This document shows positions 13,899-30,885 of a stretch of 64,000 bases of DNA, one piece after another. The stretch is from Eledone cirrhosa (taxonomy: Eukaryota). The first letter of the stretch is position 1. Every line of letters begins with the position of its first letter. Location of the stretch: positions 340,814,001-340,878,000 of the forward strand of contig OZ024742.1 in assembly GCA_964016885.1 (NCBI GenBank), in the 5' to 3' direction. The notes under the pieces are model-generated. The model saw only the letters and a program-made list of their open reading frames with translations. It was not told where the DNA came from and did no database searches. Both the position numbers and the translations under genes were made by a program.

Positions 13899-14037
13899 AT
13901 ATATATAGACATGATAAACATTGATTGCCAAATAAATTAAATATGGAGATATAAAAGAAACAGAAGCGAAAACCAACCCAAACTAAACAGTGAGTCTATT
14001 CTGGCAATATTATAACAATATGACCCTCCCCAAGTAT

Positions 14038-14089
<52 letters not shown>

Positions 14090-14164
14090 CCAAAAGTTTA
14101 TATGGTACCGTCCAGAATTAGCCGTCGAAACGGCTTGAGCTCAGCCGTCGGGGTCTTACCCGTT

Positions 14165-14257
<93 letters not shown>

Positions 14258-14730
14258 TAAAATAACAGAGCCCTCTTTGGATTTTAGTCTTCAAATTTTT
14301 TATTATTACTATATATATATATATATATTTATCGTTCTTTCGTTGCTACAGATCACGCGGCTAAATTAGCGGTCGCGCTATTTTCAATTTGCAAAGCCCT
14401 TTAAACAGTATGTTATTACTCTGAGGTTTATTCCTTGTCGAGTGCTTGGCTCCACTGCTGAAGGCATTCGTTGGCTTGACTGCTGATCGAACTTCGAATA
14501 TGCTGTACTATTGTATATATATATATTGTTATACTTGGGGAGGGTCATATTTGTGTAATATTGCCAGAATTAATAACAGAACACACTCACTGTTTGGTTG
14601 GTTTTCCCTTTTCGCTTCTGTGTCTTTTATATCGGTAATCTAATTTATTCGGTCCTCAATGTTGCCATTGATTTACCAACGGTAAAAAATTATACAGATA
14701 CAATATAGACACAAACAGATATATATAGTT

Positions 14731-14773
14731 TATCAAAGTTCTTTCGTTGCACATCTGCAACATCGTCAGTGGT
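14731..14773 (-). ncRNA. Minimal hammerhead, GAAAGAACUU family
   Basis: rc: acca-CTGACGA-t gttgca gatg tgcaac-GAAA-GAAC-TT-tgat. Confidence 0.6.
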
Positions 14774-16147
14774 GCTATTGTTTCCTCCCGTTGCATTGTA
14801 TTTTCTATGCCATCTTTATTTAGTCTGTTTATATATTTATTTATTAGTTTATTTTATTTTGTCTTCTTTGCGCATGTGTTTGCGTATGTGTATAGGGTTT
14901 TGTTTGATGTGTGTTCGTGATTGGGAGACTGTGTATTGGTTAATGTATTCTATCTTTACTAGTGTGTGTTTATATGTGTTTGTTGTTATTGTGCTTGCGT
15001 ATGTATTTATTTATTTATTTATCTATTTATTTATTTATACTTCTCTTAGGTCAGTGTTGTTTGTTTGGGTGTTGTTGTTATTCCATTCATTCTTTCTGTT
15101 TAGTCTTGGTCTTCTAAGTTCTATTTCACTGGCATCTCTGATTTGCCTATCTGCTGGGTCATTTCTATGTTTAGATATTATTCTAATTTCTATGTTGTCT
15201 ATGTTACCGTCATGTTGTTGTCTGGCATGTTCGTATAGTACTGACCCGTTTTTTCGTCCTTTTAGTTCCCCCAGTGTTGGTCTATCCTTTCACCTATGCT
15301 ACGAGCTGTCTCACCTATGTATGTTGTTGTCATGTTTCTGCAAGTACCCTCTGTACATCTTATGCTATAGACTACGTTTCTAGTTTTACAGTTTATCCGG
15401 GGGTTTACCTTACATATGATACATTTCCTATTAGTACAGTGGGTTTTCTTAAAAGGGTAGGTCTTGCTGATCAGGGATTTTATGGTGGTTCCTGGCTTTT
15501 CTACCACCTTAATCTTTAAGTGGGTCTTTCTCAGGGTCTTTCTACACTGGTTAGCTAATTTCCCTCCAGGGGTAGCGTCCACAAACATGACACTCTGGTA
15601 TCTCTGGTTGTCGTACCATGAGGTGGCTTTCCCTATCTTATGTCTAGCCCTATCTAAGCTATTCCATGATTTTCTCCTGTATAATGGGCAAATTCCTTTC
15701 CTATCCAGTTCTATGATGTTCTTATACTTCTCCATGGCTCCTTCGTATATTATGAATCTGTCTCTTTGGTTGTAGCCAGAGAACTGCATGTGGTTGATGA
15801 AGTGTTGGATGTGAAATAGAACTTAGAAGGCCATGGCTAAACAGAAAGAATGAATGGAATAACAACAACACTGACCTAAGAGAAGTATAAATAAATAAAT
15901 AGATAAATAAATAAATACATACACAAGCATAATAACAACAAACACATATAAACACACACTAGTAAAGATAGAATACATTAACCAATACACAGTCACCCAA
16001 TCACGAACACACATCAAACAAAACACTATACACACACACAAACGCATGCGCAAAGAAGACAAAATAAAATAAACTAATAAATAAATATATAAACAGACTA
16101 AATAAAGATGGCGTAGAAAATACAATGCAACGGGAGGAAACAATAGC

Positions 16148-16191
16148 ACCACTGACGATGTTGCAGATGTGCAACGAAAGAACTTTGATAA
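16148..16191 (+). ncRNA. Minimal hammerhead, GAAAGAACUU family (inverted pLTR copy)
   Basis: acca-CTGACGA-t gttgca gatg tgcaac-GAAA-GAAC-TT-tgataa. Confidence 0.6.
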
Positions 16192-16506
16192 ACTATATAT
16201 ATCTGTTTGTGTGTATATTGTATCTGTATTATTTTTTACCGTTGGTCAGTCAATGGCAACATTGAGGACCGAATAAATTAGATTACCGATATAAAAGACA
16301 CAGAAGCGAAAAGGGAAAACCAACCAAACAGTGAGTGTGTTCTGTTATTAATTCTGGCAATGTTACACAAATATGACACGTAAATAAAGGGAATAGCAAG
16401 AGTGTAAACAAACAAAGATCGTGAAGCAACGAAAAGTGAGGAAGAACGAGTCAAGTCCCATATGTAACCCATTTGCCACCCCCGCAGCACGTTTATTCTC
16501 ATATTT

Positions 16507-16555
<49 letters not shown>

Positions 16556-16894
16556 TTGGTGCTCTGAAATAGCCATATATATATGAATGTATATATAGTG
16601 TATTTTGCAATACACTTTATGCTTAATTAAAAGCATTTTGAAGACCGTATGCTATTGTTTTAGAGTAGTGACAGACTCACTTACTTTAATTTCAGCAAAC
16701 AGGGGGAGATAAAGCTGACAAGGCCTTGTTTCTGCATTTATTGATGCTTATCAAAGCCAACTACTCCCTCCCGTCTGCTGAAATTACGGATGTTATATTC
16801 TTATAGAATTCTAGTAAATAATCAGGAACTGATTATACAGAGCGGTTGCCGGTCAAGCAGAAATTAAAAATTAGAATTGGAGCTCTGAAATAGC

Positions 16895-17263
16895 CACTTA
16901 AACACTTAACAAGGCATGTACAATGAAACCCCTTTTAAAGGGAGACTACTCTTTATCCACCTAACCTTAACTCTTTGACATTAGAGATAGAACAGATACT
17001 CTATACCATTCCTGTCAGCATGATTTGGCAAGCTATTTAGAACACTGGTTTAACCGCTTTACTTCCCTCCGAAGAAGAGATATTATCTCGAAAATTAAGG
17101 ACATTTAAATAAATCTAAGGTAAAAGACTAATTGTCAACAATATCTTTTGCATTTGCATTCTTTATTCTATGTCCATACCTGCATTGTTTTGGCTTTATT
17201 ATACATATACAAACGTTTATACCTCATTACACAATGCTTCAAGTGAACTATAACTTCCTCCAT
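16895..17263 (+). repeat. Solo pseudo-LTR of the Penelope family at 50340-54025
   Basis: Near-identical to 53660-54025; ends in the ORF start atgcttcaagtgaac and then (TA)n. Confidence 0.9.
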
Positions 17264-17356
17264 ATATGTATATATATATATATATACATATATAATTAAA
17301 ATATATATATATTTATTAATAATATATATATATGTGTATATATATATATATATGTA

Positions 17357-17401
<45 letters not shown>

Positions 17402-17454
17402 TATATATATATTTATTAATAATATATATATATGTGTATATATATATATATGTA

Positions 17455-17577
<123 letters not shown>

Positions 17578-17761
17578 TAATAAAAACAATGAATAAAAAC
17601 AAAGAAACAGTTCCTTATATTAAAAGATTCATCATTTTACGATCGTTTCTAGGATATATATGTGTGTGTTGGTATGTATATCATATAGATCTATGTAACA
17701 AACTTTACAAACTATCAGAGGAAATATACATACCTACACATATATATTCTGTCTTCAGAAA

Positions 17762-17942
17762 TAGTTGTTTATACTTTAGGCACAAGGCCAGAAATTACCC
17801 AGTACATTACTGGTACTTTATTTTATCGACCCCGTAAGGATGAAAGGCAAAGTTAACCTCGGCGGGATTTGAACTCAGAGTGTAAAGGGACGTAACTATG
17901 CTAGAAAGCATGGCGTCCAACCCTCTACCGATACTGCCAACA
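17762..17942 (-). mobile_element. tRNA-derived SINE, family A
   Basis: rc has A-box-like tggcagtatcgg, B-box gagttcaaatccc and body ctttcatccttacggggtcgataaaataaagtaccagt; multiple copies in the window. Confidence 0.85.
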
Positions 17943-17979
17943 GAAATAATGATATTTGTTTATTGAAAAAACCAACAAA

Positions 17980-19480
17980 GATTTAATATAATAGGTCTGT
18001 TTGGGAACAGGTTTTGAATTGACCAATAGAAAAGTAGTAAGTGGTTAAGTTGATAGAATAGTAATAGTAGAAATTTAATTTAGAGGGAGAGGAATGCAGA
18101 CTTAAGTTTTGAATGGAAAGAATACTTTGAATGAAAAGATTACTTTGGGGATGAAAAGAGGTCAAGCCGGTGAAAGGTACACGAACATTTGATGTTATTA
18201 AAGAATAATGCTAATGTTAAAATCGAAGGGGAACACAATTTTAGGGAAAATGTGTTAGTGAGAGATACCAATCTTATTTAAAACACAAGGAATTTAGATG
18301 TATAACAAGAAATTAAATTTATTTAATTGATAGGTATACTTATAGGGATACATTTATATTAATTCATATAGATGTGATAAATAAGAGTTAGATGTTATTA
18401 AAGAATGTTGTTAAAAACGAAGGAAAAAAGTTTTGGGGGATAAATGTATTAGTGAGAAATAACAAACTTATATAGACTACAAGGAATCTAGATTCATAAC
18501 AGGAAATTAAAATAGTTTATATGTATACTTATAGCTATTAATTTTAGGAAAAGAGAGCTGTAAAAGGGAAATAAAATTATAGGTTTATATAATTATAGGT
18601 TAACTAAATTAAGAAAACTAATTATAATAATTTGTAAAATATAAGTGTAAGGTGTATATTAATTAGGTTTATAATATTTGAAAGTTCTTCTAATTCTATG
18701 ATTGCACGATATGATTAATTCTTGTCGCTTATTTAATAGGATATCCTTAGATTTCATTATTTCAAAAATTCCTGGGAACATAATCTACACTCATATGTTA
18801 TTTTGAGCACACTCCAGGTCAGGTTATAATCGATATTCTTTTTTCTATAATTATTAATTATTTCAGCCAAGTGTGTTGTATTAGCTAATGCGGCATTTTT
18901 AAAGCTATGTTTGTGGGTATTAAATCTTACTTTAAATTGGTTAGAAGTAGCTCCTATATATGAATAAGTTGAGTCCTTAGTGCTAATTTTACATATATAT
19001 ACTATGTTTTTAATAAGACAATTTCCCTTTAATGGGCACTTTCTTTTGTTTCTACAGTTACAACCATTCGTGAATATTATATTAGGGGAGTTAGTCAAAT
19101 TTGGTATGGAATTTACTCGACTTGTTATATGTGAAGGAGATGGTGGTTTGTTGCGGTTTATTTTAGTATTATGGTTAGTTTGATGTGTTGGTTGTATATT
19201 CATGTTTTTTTTTTACATTTATATGCATTGTAGGCACTTATATTTTGTTGTATATTTTTGGTAGTGGAGTAGGAAAATTTGACCGTTGATCTATTTAAAA
19301 TTTGGTGGTATTTATGGTTTGGCGGGAAGCTTTTCTCTAGGATAGTAAAAAAAATTTTAGGGATATTATCCTTAATTTGTAGATTAAATGGAGCATTATA
19401 CCAGGTAACTCGTCTATTACGGTTTCGATGTTTTTTATATTTATACGATGTTTTTTATATTTATACTGGGGAACTGGAGT
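17980..19480 (-). mobile_element. Degenerate Neptune-like PLE 3' fragment (GIY-YIG) plus AT-rich 3' region
   Basis: ORF 18757-19203: CNCRNKRKCPLKGNCLIKNIVYICKI...YIGATSNQFKVRFNTH. Confidence 0.85.
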
Positions 19481-19703
19481 CATATGACTATATATATATA
19501 TATATAATAATGTATATAATATATATATATATATAATATATATATATAATATATATATATATATAATATATATATATATAATAATGTATATAATATATAT
19601 ATATATATATATAATGTACATATATATATATATATATATATATAATGTACATATATATATATATATATATATATAATGTACATATATATATATATATATA
19701 TAA

Positions 19704-19820
<117 letters not shown>

Positions 19821-19837
19821 ATATATATATATATATA

Positions 19838-19938
<101 letters not shown>

Positions 19939-19986
19939 AATAAAGTTAAATAAAAGTCAAATGATTAAAATTTAGCTTCGTTTATT

Positions 19987-20041
19987 ACTGCTATATATAT
20001 TTCAGTGACAGCCATCTTTGGCTGTGACCTCTTCAGGCAGT
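19987..20041 (-). ncRNA. Type I hammerhead ribozyme
   Basis: rc: actgc-CTGAAGA-ggtc acagcca aaga tggctgt cact-GAAA-TATATA-TA-gcagt. Confidence 0.85.
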
Positions 20042-20203
20042 TTGAATTACTATGGTATAGACAAGTACATATGTTATTTAGGTGTATGATATTGTCAATA
20101 CTCTGATATACCCAGTTCCTTGTTGGGTTGTTAATTCACATATGTTGATTTAAAACTGCACTATCAACAAGTGTTTTTTTAGCCTTCATATCATGTTCTC
20201 CTG

Positions 20204-20270
20204 TTTTATCTGATGAAAACACAAATATTATTGCTTGATGATGTTTGTTTTTGAAATGCGCATAATAAAA
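20204..20270 (+). ncRNA. Type I hammerhead ribozyme
   Basis: ttttat-CTGATGA-aaacacaaatat...atgtttgttttt-GAAA-TGCGCA-TA-ataaaa. Confidence 0.8.
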
Positions 20271-20326
20271 TATATGGAACTCCTTTAACCATCTTTTGAT
20301 CTTATATTATATATATATATATGTAC

Positions 20327-20362
<36 letters not shown>

Positions 20363-20384
20363 TTATATATATATATATATGTAC

Positions 20385-20418
<34 letters not shown>

Positions 20419-20475
20419 TTATATATATATATATATATATATGTACATTATATATATATATATATATATATGTAC

Positions 20476-20535
<60 letters not shown>

Positions 20536-20693
20536 AGAAGATAGACAGAGAGAGAGGAACAGATAGAGAGATGGAGAGAAAGACAGGGATAAAGACACAG
20601 AGAAGTGAGATGAGGACGCTGTTGAGATTGACTGTGTAAATGTTATACTAGCGGAGTATTCCATATTAAGTGAAATATTCTGTTACATATATA

Positions 20694-20805
<112 letters not shown>

Positions 20806-21240
20806 TGTTTGCGTGTGTGTCTGTCTGTCTGTCTGTCTATCTGTGTTTGTGTGTGTGCATGTGTATATTCATGTGAGTATATAAATAGACATATACGTGC
20901 AAATGTATACATATACGTATATACCTGTATGTATATATATATATATACGTACGTTTATGTATGTATGTGTATGTGTGAGTATTTCTGCGTGTATACACAA
21001 TCTTATATGTATATAAACATATGTCAAATTGCAGGCGTAAGAAATTTCGATCCACAAGCTGCTAATGAAACAAACCGGAAATGCCTCGTCATTTGAACCG
21101 GAACTGCAGTCATTTGGAGCGAAATGGTTTCCTTTATCAATAGGGAACCAAATATATCAAGAACTATAATCCATCCCATAAAGTATGTCGAAAAATATAA
21201 AAATATATATACATATATACGTATCTAAGTACATATGTAC

Positions 21241-21289
<49 letters not shown>

Positions 21290-21301
21290 TATGTACATAT
21301 G

Positions 21302-21405
<104 letters not shown>

Positions 21406-21554
21406 CGTATATGTATATCTACATACATATAAATATATATATATATGTGTATATAACCAAAGGTTCATTGATAAATCAATGAATATAGTTTTACAATAGA
21501 TTAGAAGCACTCACTCAACAGTAAATTTTCTGGAGTTATTAATATTAATTAAAG

Positions 21555-21837
21555 ATATTAATAAATATAGACATTCATGTGATCAAATATATTTTATTAT
21601 ATATAGTTCCGAGGTACTGTGCTGTTTCCTCAGTACGTCCTCATCATATAAAATAAATTGATGTCTGACATATCTCAATTGTGCTGATGGTTTAATTCCA
21701 GTCTTGGCAGAACTGCCAATTCCAGTCTTGGCAGTATTTTATCTGATGAGGACGTAGTGAGGAAATAGCACAGTACCTCTGAAATATATATATTAAAATA
21801 TATTTGATCACATGAGTGTCTATATTTATTAATATTT
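21555..21837. repeat. Inverted repeat carrying a hammerhead in each arm (21590-21655 on -, degenerate; 21735-21800 on +)
   Basis: + arm: tattttat-CTGATGA-ggacgtagtg..cacagtacctct-GAAA-TATATA-TA-ttaaaata; the - arm has ATGATGA and GAAC substitutions. Confidence 0.7.
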
Positions 21838-21845
21838 TGAATTAA

Positions 21846-21876
<31 letters not shown>

Positions 21877-21974
21877 GTATATCTATATATATATGTATAT
21901 CTATATGTATGTATATATATATACATATATGTATATATGTCTGTATATGTATATATATGTATCTATTTATATAT

Positions 21975-22585
21975 AAATGTAAGTATGTATGTACGTATAC
22001 GTACATACATATATGTATACAGACGTACAGTAGTATGTATATCTATACATACATGTACACATATATACATGCACGTATCGGTTTACCGAACATTTATTAT
22101 AATGCTCGGTTTATTTCTTTGTAAACAAACAAACAACCCGAATTACGCCGTACAGTGTTTAAGCAACCACGTCACCTTTTTGTTCAACACTGACACAGGA
22201 ACGATGTACTAGTTTCAAGCTTATTAGCTATCGTCAGCATCGTATACCTTCCTGCCAGAGGGTTGAACATCTGAAAGTATATACTTTCCTTATGCATATT
22301 AACGGCTGAGCAACCTAATTTGCATATCGAGTGCGTTCAGTCGGCTGGGCGCACCGAAAACGGCGGCGTAATTCGGGCTGTTTGTTTGTTTACAAACAAA
22401 TAAACCGAGCATTAAAATAAATGTTCGGCAAACCGATACGTGCATCTATATATGTGTACATGTATATATATATATACATACTACTGTACGTCTGTATACA
22501 TATATATATGTACGTATACGTACATACATACTTACATTTAAGTAAGTGCCGTACTAAGAGTGAGAAATGAAATTTCGTTTCATTC
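21975..22585. repeat. Copy of the 466-nt HHR repeat family with an inverted arm
   Basis: Homologous to 56956-57700; 21975-22150 and 22365-22540 are inverted. Confidence 0.8.
22201..22243 (-). ncRNA. Minimal type I hammerhead ribozyme
   Basis: rc: acgatg-CTGACGA-t agct aata agct t-GAAA-CTAG-TA-catcgt. Confidence 0.85.
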
Positions 22586-22591
22586 TATTCC

Positions 22592-22659
<68 letters not shown>

Positions 22660-22685
22660 ATATATATATGTATGTATATATGTTG

Positions 22686-22719
<34 letters not shown>

Positions 22720-22802
22720 TATATATATGTATGTATGTATATATATTTATATATATATATAAATATATATGTATGTATATATATATGTATGTATATATGT
22801 TG

Positions 22803-22835
<33 letters not shown>

Positions 22836-22857
22836 GTATGTATATATGTTGTATATA

Positions 22858-22920
<63 letters not shown>

Positions 22921-22922
<2 letters not shown>

Positions 22923-23100
22923 AAGGAACGATCGACTTTCGTCAAATCGGACCGAGGGAACAATGTTTCCGTTGGTCTTTCCAATTGCTAATACTATCTA
23001 TCGGTCGCAACTCCAGGTAGAAGGAGCAACGTGAAATAAAGTGTCTTGCTCAAGGACATAACGCATCGCCTGGTCCAGGAATCGAACTCACAACCTTACA
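22921..23100 (-). mobile_element. tRNA-derived CORE-like SINE, family B (partial)
   Basis: rc B-box gagttcgattcc followed by ccttgagcaagacacttta; nearly identical to 58163-58390. Confidence 0.75.
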
Positions 23101-23228
23101 ACTGGAATCATATCTGATTCCAGTTCCTCAGTGAAATAACAACCCAACCAGGATCTGGGCATATCAGAGTATTGACAAAATTATACACCTCAACAACATA
23201 TGTACTTGTCTATACCACACTAATTCAG

Positions 23229-23283
23229 ACTGCCTGAAGAGGTCACAGCCAAAGATGGCTGTCATCGAAATATATATAGCAGT
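23229..23283 (+). ncRNA. Type I hammerhead ribozyme (inverted copy of 19987)
   Basis: actgc-CTGAAGA-..acagcca/tggctgt..-GAAA-TATATA-TA-gcagt. Confidence 0.85.
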
Positions 23284-23333
23284 AATAAACGAAGCTACAT
23301 TTTAAACATTTGACTTTTTATTTTACTTTATTT

Positions 23334-24664
<1,331 letters not shown>

Positions 24665-25144
24665 TGGAGTAAGACAGTGTGAGATGAATTAGAACGTTAG
24701 CTAGATTGTGACTTTATGACATTCCACTCATCACTCTACGTTCTGTGTTCAAATCCCACCGCTCTCAACTTTCAATCTCATTCTTTTGAGGTCGATACAT
24801 ATAGAAACTGTCAAGTACTATGGCTAACTCCTCCATTCTTCTTCTTCTTCTTCAGTATATAAATGAACAATTTCTCAACAATTATTTGACTCTTACTATT
24901 ATTATTTTTCTACTCTTGAGTGTTCTACTAACGATACGCTACCGGGATATACGTTGTGTATTTGTCCTTTTAAACTTTAAACCTGGCAAGCGAAGGAGAA
25001 AGAGAGATCGTCGCACACAGATGGAGGAAAATTGACTTCAGTAGTCTACTGGTAGTGTCGATTTATTGTCTTCGAATTGGTGGAAAGTAAAGTTGATTTA
25101 TATGGTGTTTGAACTGAAAGTTCAGAGAACCGAAACGACTACCC

Positions 25145-25184
<40 letters not shown>

Positions 25185-25332
25185 ATGCTTTGGGAGGGTC
25201 ATGTTGCCAATAAGAAACACACGCACCAGTTGCTTTCACTCCAATTTATTATAAATTAAATTTATAAATTTAAGAATTTATAAATATCCGGTTGGCTGGT
25301 TGGTTCCATAACCGGACGGTTGTTCATATATT

Positions 25333-25375
25333 GTCAAAGTTCTTTCGTCACACATTATGTTACCTCTTCAGTGAC
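25333..25375 (-). ncRNA. Minimal hammerhead, GAAAGAACUU family
   Basis: rc: gtca-CTGAAGA-g gtaacat aat gtgtgac-GAAA-GAAC-TT-tgac; lies between short inverted repeats at ~25180-25230 and ~25457-25510. Confidence 0.7.
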
Positions 25376-25566
25376 TGAGGATTCTTTTCTTTGTTTTTGT
25401 GCCTCTCCTTTGTTCTGTCCTATGCCATCTTGTTTTTGTGTGTGTTGCGTGCTTCACTGATGCGTGTGTTTTCTTATTGGCAACATGACCCTCCCAAAGC
25501 ATAACAATATCGGTTTCAACACACGTTTTCAGATAAAGAATCTTGCTAAACAAATTTTGAAACGAA

Positions 25567-25599
<33 letters not shown>

Positions 25600-25619
25600 T
25601 ATATGAACTTGCACCAGGA

Positions 25620-27999
<2,380 letters not shown>

Positions 28000-28068
28000 T
28001 ATGAAGAGAGAAGAAACATTTAGATATAATTAGTAATAAAATGTATCATACCTAAACTGCTCCTAGAT

Positions 28069-28158
28069 TCCTCGACTACGTAGTTTCGTGGCATAAACAA
28101 AAACAATACATCATAAAGATATAGAGTCCTTGCGAGGTCTGCTGACTTATCAAGAGGA
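28069..28158 (-). ncRNA. Hammerhead ribozyme, U3-A8 variant
   Basis: rc: tcctc-TTGATAA-gtcagca...tgccac-GAAA-CTACGTAG-TC-gagga. Confidence 0.7.
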
Positions 28159-28435
28159 TACCTCATTTTACTAGTCTCAAGAACGCGTCTACACGACGTG
28201 AGAAAGAATCCCAAAAGGGGGAGGGGGAGATAGTCACGCGATATAACGGTCGAGAAACAGAGCTAAGCCTCTTATAACCCCGAAGAAAATACCACGGAGG
28301 CGGAGGGGGTATTTATATCGAAGAGGCTTAGCTCTGTTTCTCGATCGTTATATCGCGTGACTATCTCCCCCTCCGCCTTTTGGGATTCTTTCTCACGTCG
28401 TGTAGACGCGTTCTTGAGACTAGTAAAATGAGGTA

Positions 28436-28525
28436 TCCTCTTGATAAGTCGGCAGACCTCGCAAGGACTCTATATCTTTATGATGTATTGTTTTTGTTTA
28501 TGCCACGAAACTACGTAGTCGAGGA
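28436..28525 (+). ncRNA. Hammerhead ribozyme, U3-A8 variant
   Basis: tcctc-TTGATAA-gtcggca...tgccac-GAAA-CTACGTAG-TC-gagga. Confidence 0.78.
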
Positions 28526-28762
28526 ATCTAGGAGCAGTTTAGGTATGATACATTTTATTACTAATTATATCTAAATGTTTCTTCTCTCTTCATAATGTAT
28601 TTTTAACTCTGATACTGGTTCAGTCTAGTTCAACCGGATTGGTCTGTCCCAGTCATTCATTGAGCAACATCGGTGAAGTTGGCACCCTTAACTCACGGTT
28701 GGGTGCGGATGCATTCATGTATATGTGTGTGTCCGAATGTATCTGTGTGTTTCTAAATATAT

Positions 28763-28803
<41 letters not shown>

Positions 28804-30006
28804 AAGGGTAAACAGAAATAACAAAGCAAAGGACACAGTACGAAGAAGAAATATATTATTAGTTTACTCTCGATATAATAAGAAAATATTCTTAACGTTC
28901 ATCAGAAAATAGAATGAGAAATTATAGAAGAAATAGAAAGTTAGAGAAGAGAGGGCAGTGACAGATACGAAACAACATTTCTATTGAAACAACAGTTCTA
29001 TTAATGTCAGCATCTCTTGGAAAATTGTTGATGTTGGCGCTTTGTGTCAGACGATCTTATTTTAAAAGCAGTGACTGAACCGTCTAGCTGAAAAGGAAAA
29101 ACAAATCGTTCTGTAAATAGAGAGTATACGTGTGCACACGCGTATATATTTGTTATTCGTCTGTACGAAGCTGAGAGGAAATGTGTGTGTATATTTAAGT
29201 TTACGAGTGTGTGTATGTTTGTAAGTACGAAGATGTGAACATATGTGTGTGTGTATATACACGGCTGTGCAGGTGTTAGTTGTTTATCTGTATAAGCTGT
29301 ATGCGTGTGTGTTTCTGAGCATAACAGAGTCACAGATACCTAGGGGAAGAATATATGCGCGCGTCTCTAATAGGTAGGGCTGACAGTGTCTAGAGGTAGA
29401 GAAGTAAACACGAGCGTATGTGTATAATATATAAAAAAAGCTAAATAAATTACATAACTTTGGATCCCCTTTTGTTTATTTTAATAGTGGAATATTCAAA
29501 CTAGTGTGGCGTGGATGGAATGCTTGATAAATTCAAATCCTCTATTGATTTTGTTTCCAATATCTAACTGTCGATAGCTAAGCAAACATTGAACTAAATA
29601 CCAACATGAGGGGAGTGGTTTGTTTATGTGTGTGCGTGTATGTGTGTGTGTGTGTTTATGTGATTGCGGATGAGTATAGACAGAAATAGAGAATGTGTAT
29701 GTGTGTTCGTGTAGAGACACAGCAAGAGTGTGTATGTGTACAGATGTGTGCGTATGTGCGTGTCCGTATGACTGAGACATACGAGAAGAGGGGGATAAAA
29801 AGTTACAGAGAGGGGAGGAAAATTTAGAGAGATAAATGGTGAGAGGAAGAAGTACAGAGAGAGAGCAAAAGCTGTCTATCTCTCTCTCTCTCTCTTTCTC
29901 TCTCTGTATATATATATATATATATATATATAAACCAGGGAGCCAGTACATAGAATTAGCTAAAGAAAAAGAGGGCGTAGGTGGGCGAGATACATAGAGT
30001 GAGCGA

Positions 30007-30090
<84 letters not shown>

Positions 30091-30355
30091 AATATAACGC
30101 TCGGAGAGGAGTTATACAAATAAAATATGCCAAACAGAAGCAATATGATTTCAACATGAAAATATGTCGGTCGCAAATTTCTGTTCTGAATGAGTGAAGT
30201 TTCCATGTGTCTAATTTTTTTTTTTTTTTATGATTTGTAGTAAAAAGCGCGTGGCTTGGGGGTTGGGGTGGTTGTTTTACAGTCGTAAAGGTATGATTTT
30301 GATTACCTTGTTTCCTTGAGCAAGATACTTTATTTCTCCATGCTTCACTCCACTC

Positions 30356-30594
30356 AAGTATCCTCCACTCTCTGATAGGTTTGTGGTAGAGCCTGTAGCA
30401 GTGGAGACTTCCGGCGTTCGTGACCCTCCCCCGGTCCACATCTCTGCTCACTGCTATTAGAGTGGAGATGGCTGCCCACCGGTACAAACCCGACGTGGTG
30501 GAGTGGCTGTTCCAGAGCGACTCTCTCGCCGTCTACCGGAGCAATGTATTCTCCATCATATCGGCTGGGAGCCAGAGGCGGAGGATAAGTTAGT
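30356..30594 (+). pseudogene. 3' end of a CRE-like non-LTR retrotransposon (restriction-like endonuclease C-terminus)
   Basis: With one frameshift it reads KY..LSDRFVVEPVAVETSGV...LLTAI...EWLFQSDSLAVYRSNVFSIISAG, matching the recalled P.AVET.G...WL.QR.SLAV.RGNA motif. Confidence 0.65.
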
Positions 30595-30885
30595 TGGAGG
30601 TGGAGGATACATTAGTTGGAGGTGGAGGATACGTTAGTTGGAGGTGGAGGATACGTTAGTTGGAGGTGGAGGATACGTTAGTTGGAGGTGGAGGATAAGT
30701 TAGTTGGAGGTGGAGGATACGTTAGTTGGAGGTGGAGGATACGTTAGTTGGAGGTGGAGGATAAGTTAGTTGGAGGTGGAGGATACGTTAGTTGGAGGTG
30801 GAGGATAAGTTAGTTGGAGGTGGAGGATACGTTAGTTGGAGGTGGAGGATACGTTAGTTGGAGGTGGAGGATACGTTAGTTGGAT
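30578..30885 (+). repeat. 22-bp G-rich minisatellite (gttagttggaggtggaggatac), about 14 units
   Basis: Direct reading. Confidence 0.95.

Larger units (their letters stand above)
14520..16376 (-). mobile_element. 5'-truncated PLE (GIY-YIG end) flanked by inverted pseudo-LTRs
   Basis: ORF 15262-15789 has C..C...C...NVVYSIRC...YIGETARSIGERIDQH; ~14555-15120 and ~15820-16376 are inverted copies. Confidence 0.88.
27994..28600. repeat. Near-perfect long inverted repeat (~280-bp arms, ~50-bp spacer)
   Basis: Identical 64-aa pseudo-ORFs on opposite strands (28020-28214 and 28380-28574). Confidence 0.95.

Noticed and set aside
21058-21160. CTAATGA...GAAA-tggtttcct/agggaacca
   Set aside because: G5 missing, no UH after stem III, and no stem I.
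28020-28574. Two identical 64-aa ORFs on opposite strands
   Set aside because: By-product of the inverted repeat; TTG start and no protein motif.
30468-30594. GC-rich stretch that looked like a host exon (MAAHRYKPDVVEWLFQ...)
   Set aside because: Better explained as the C-terminus of a CRE-like retrotransposon, with an upstream frameshift.
30578-30885. Regular repeat array resembling CRISPR
   Set aside because: Units are contiguous with no unique spacers, there are no cas genes, and the context is eukaryotic.
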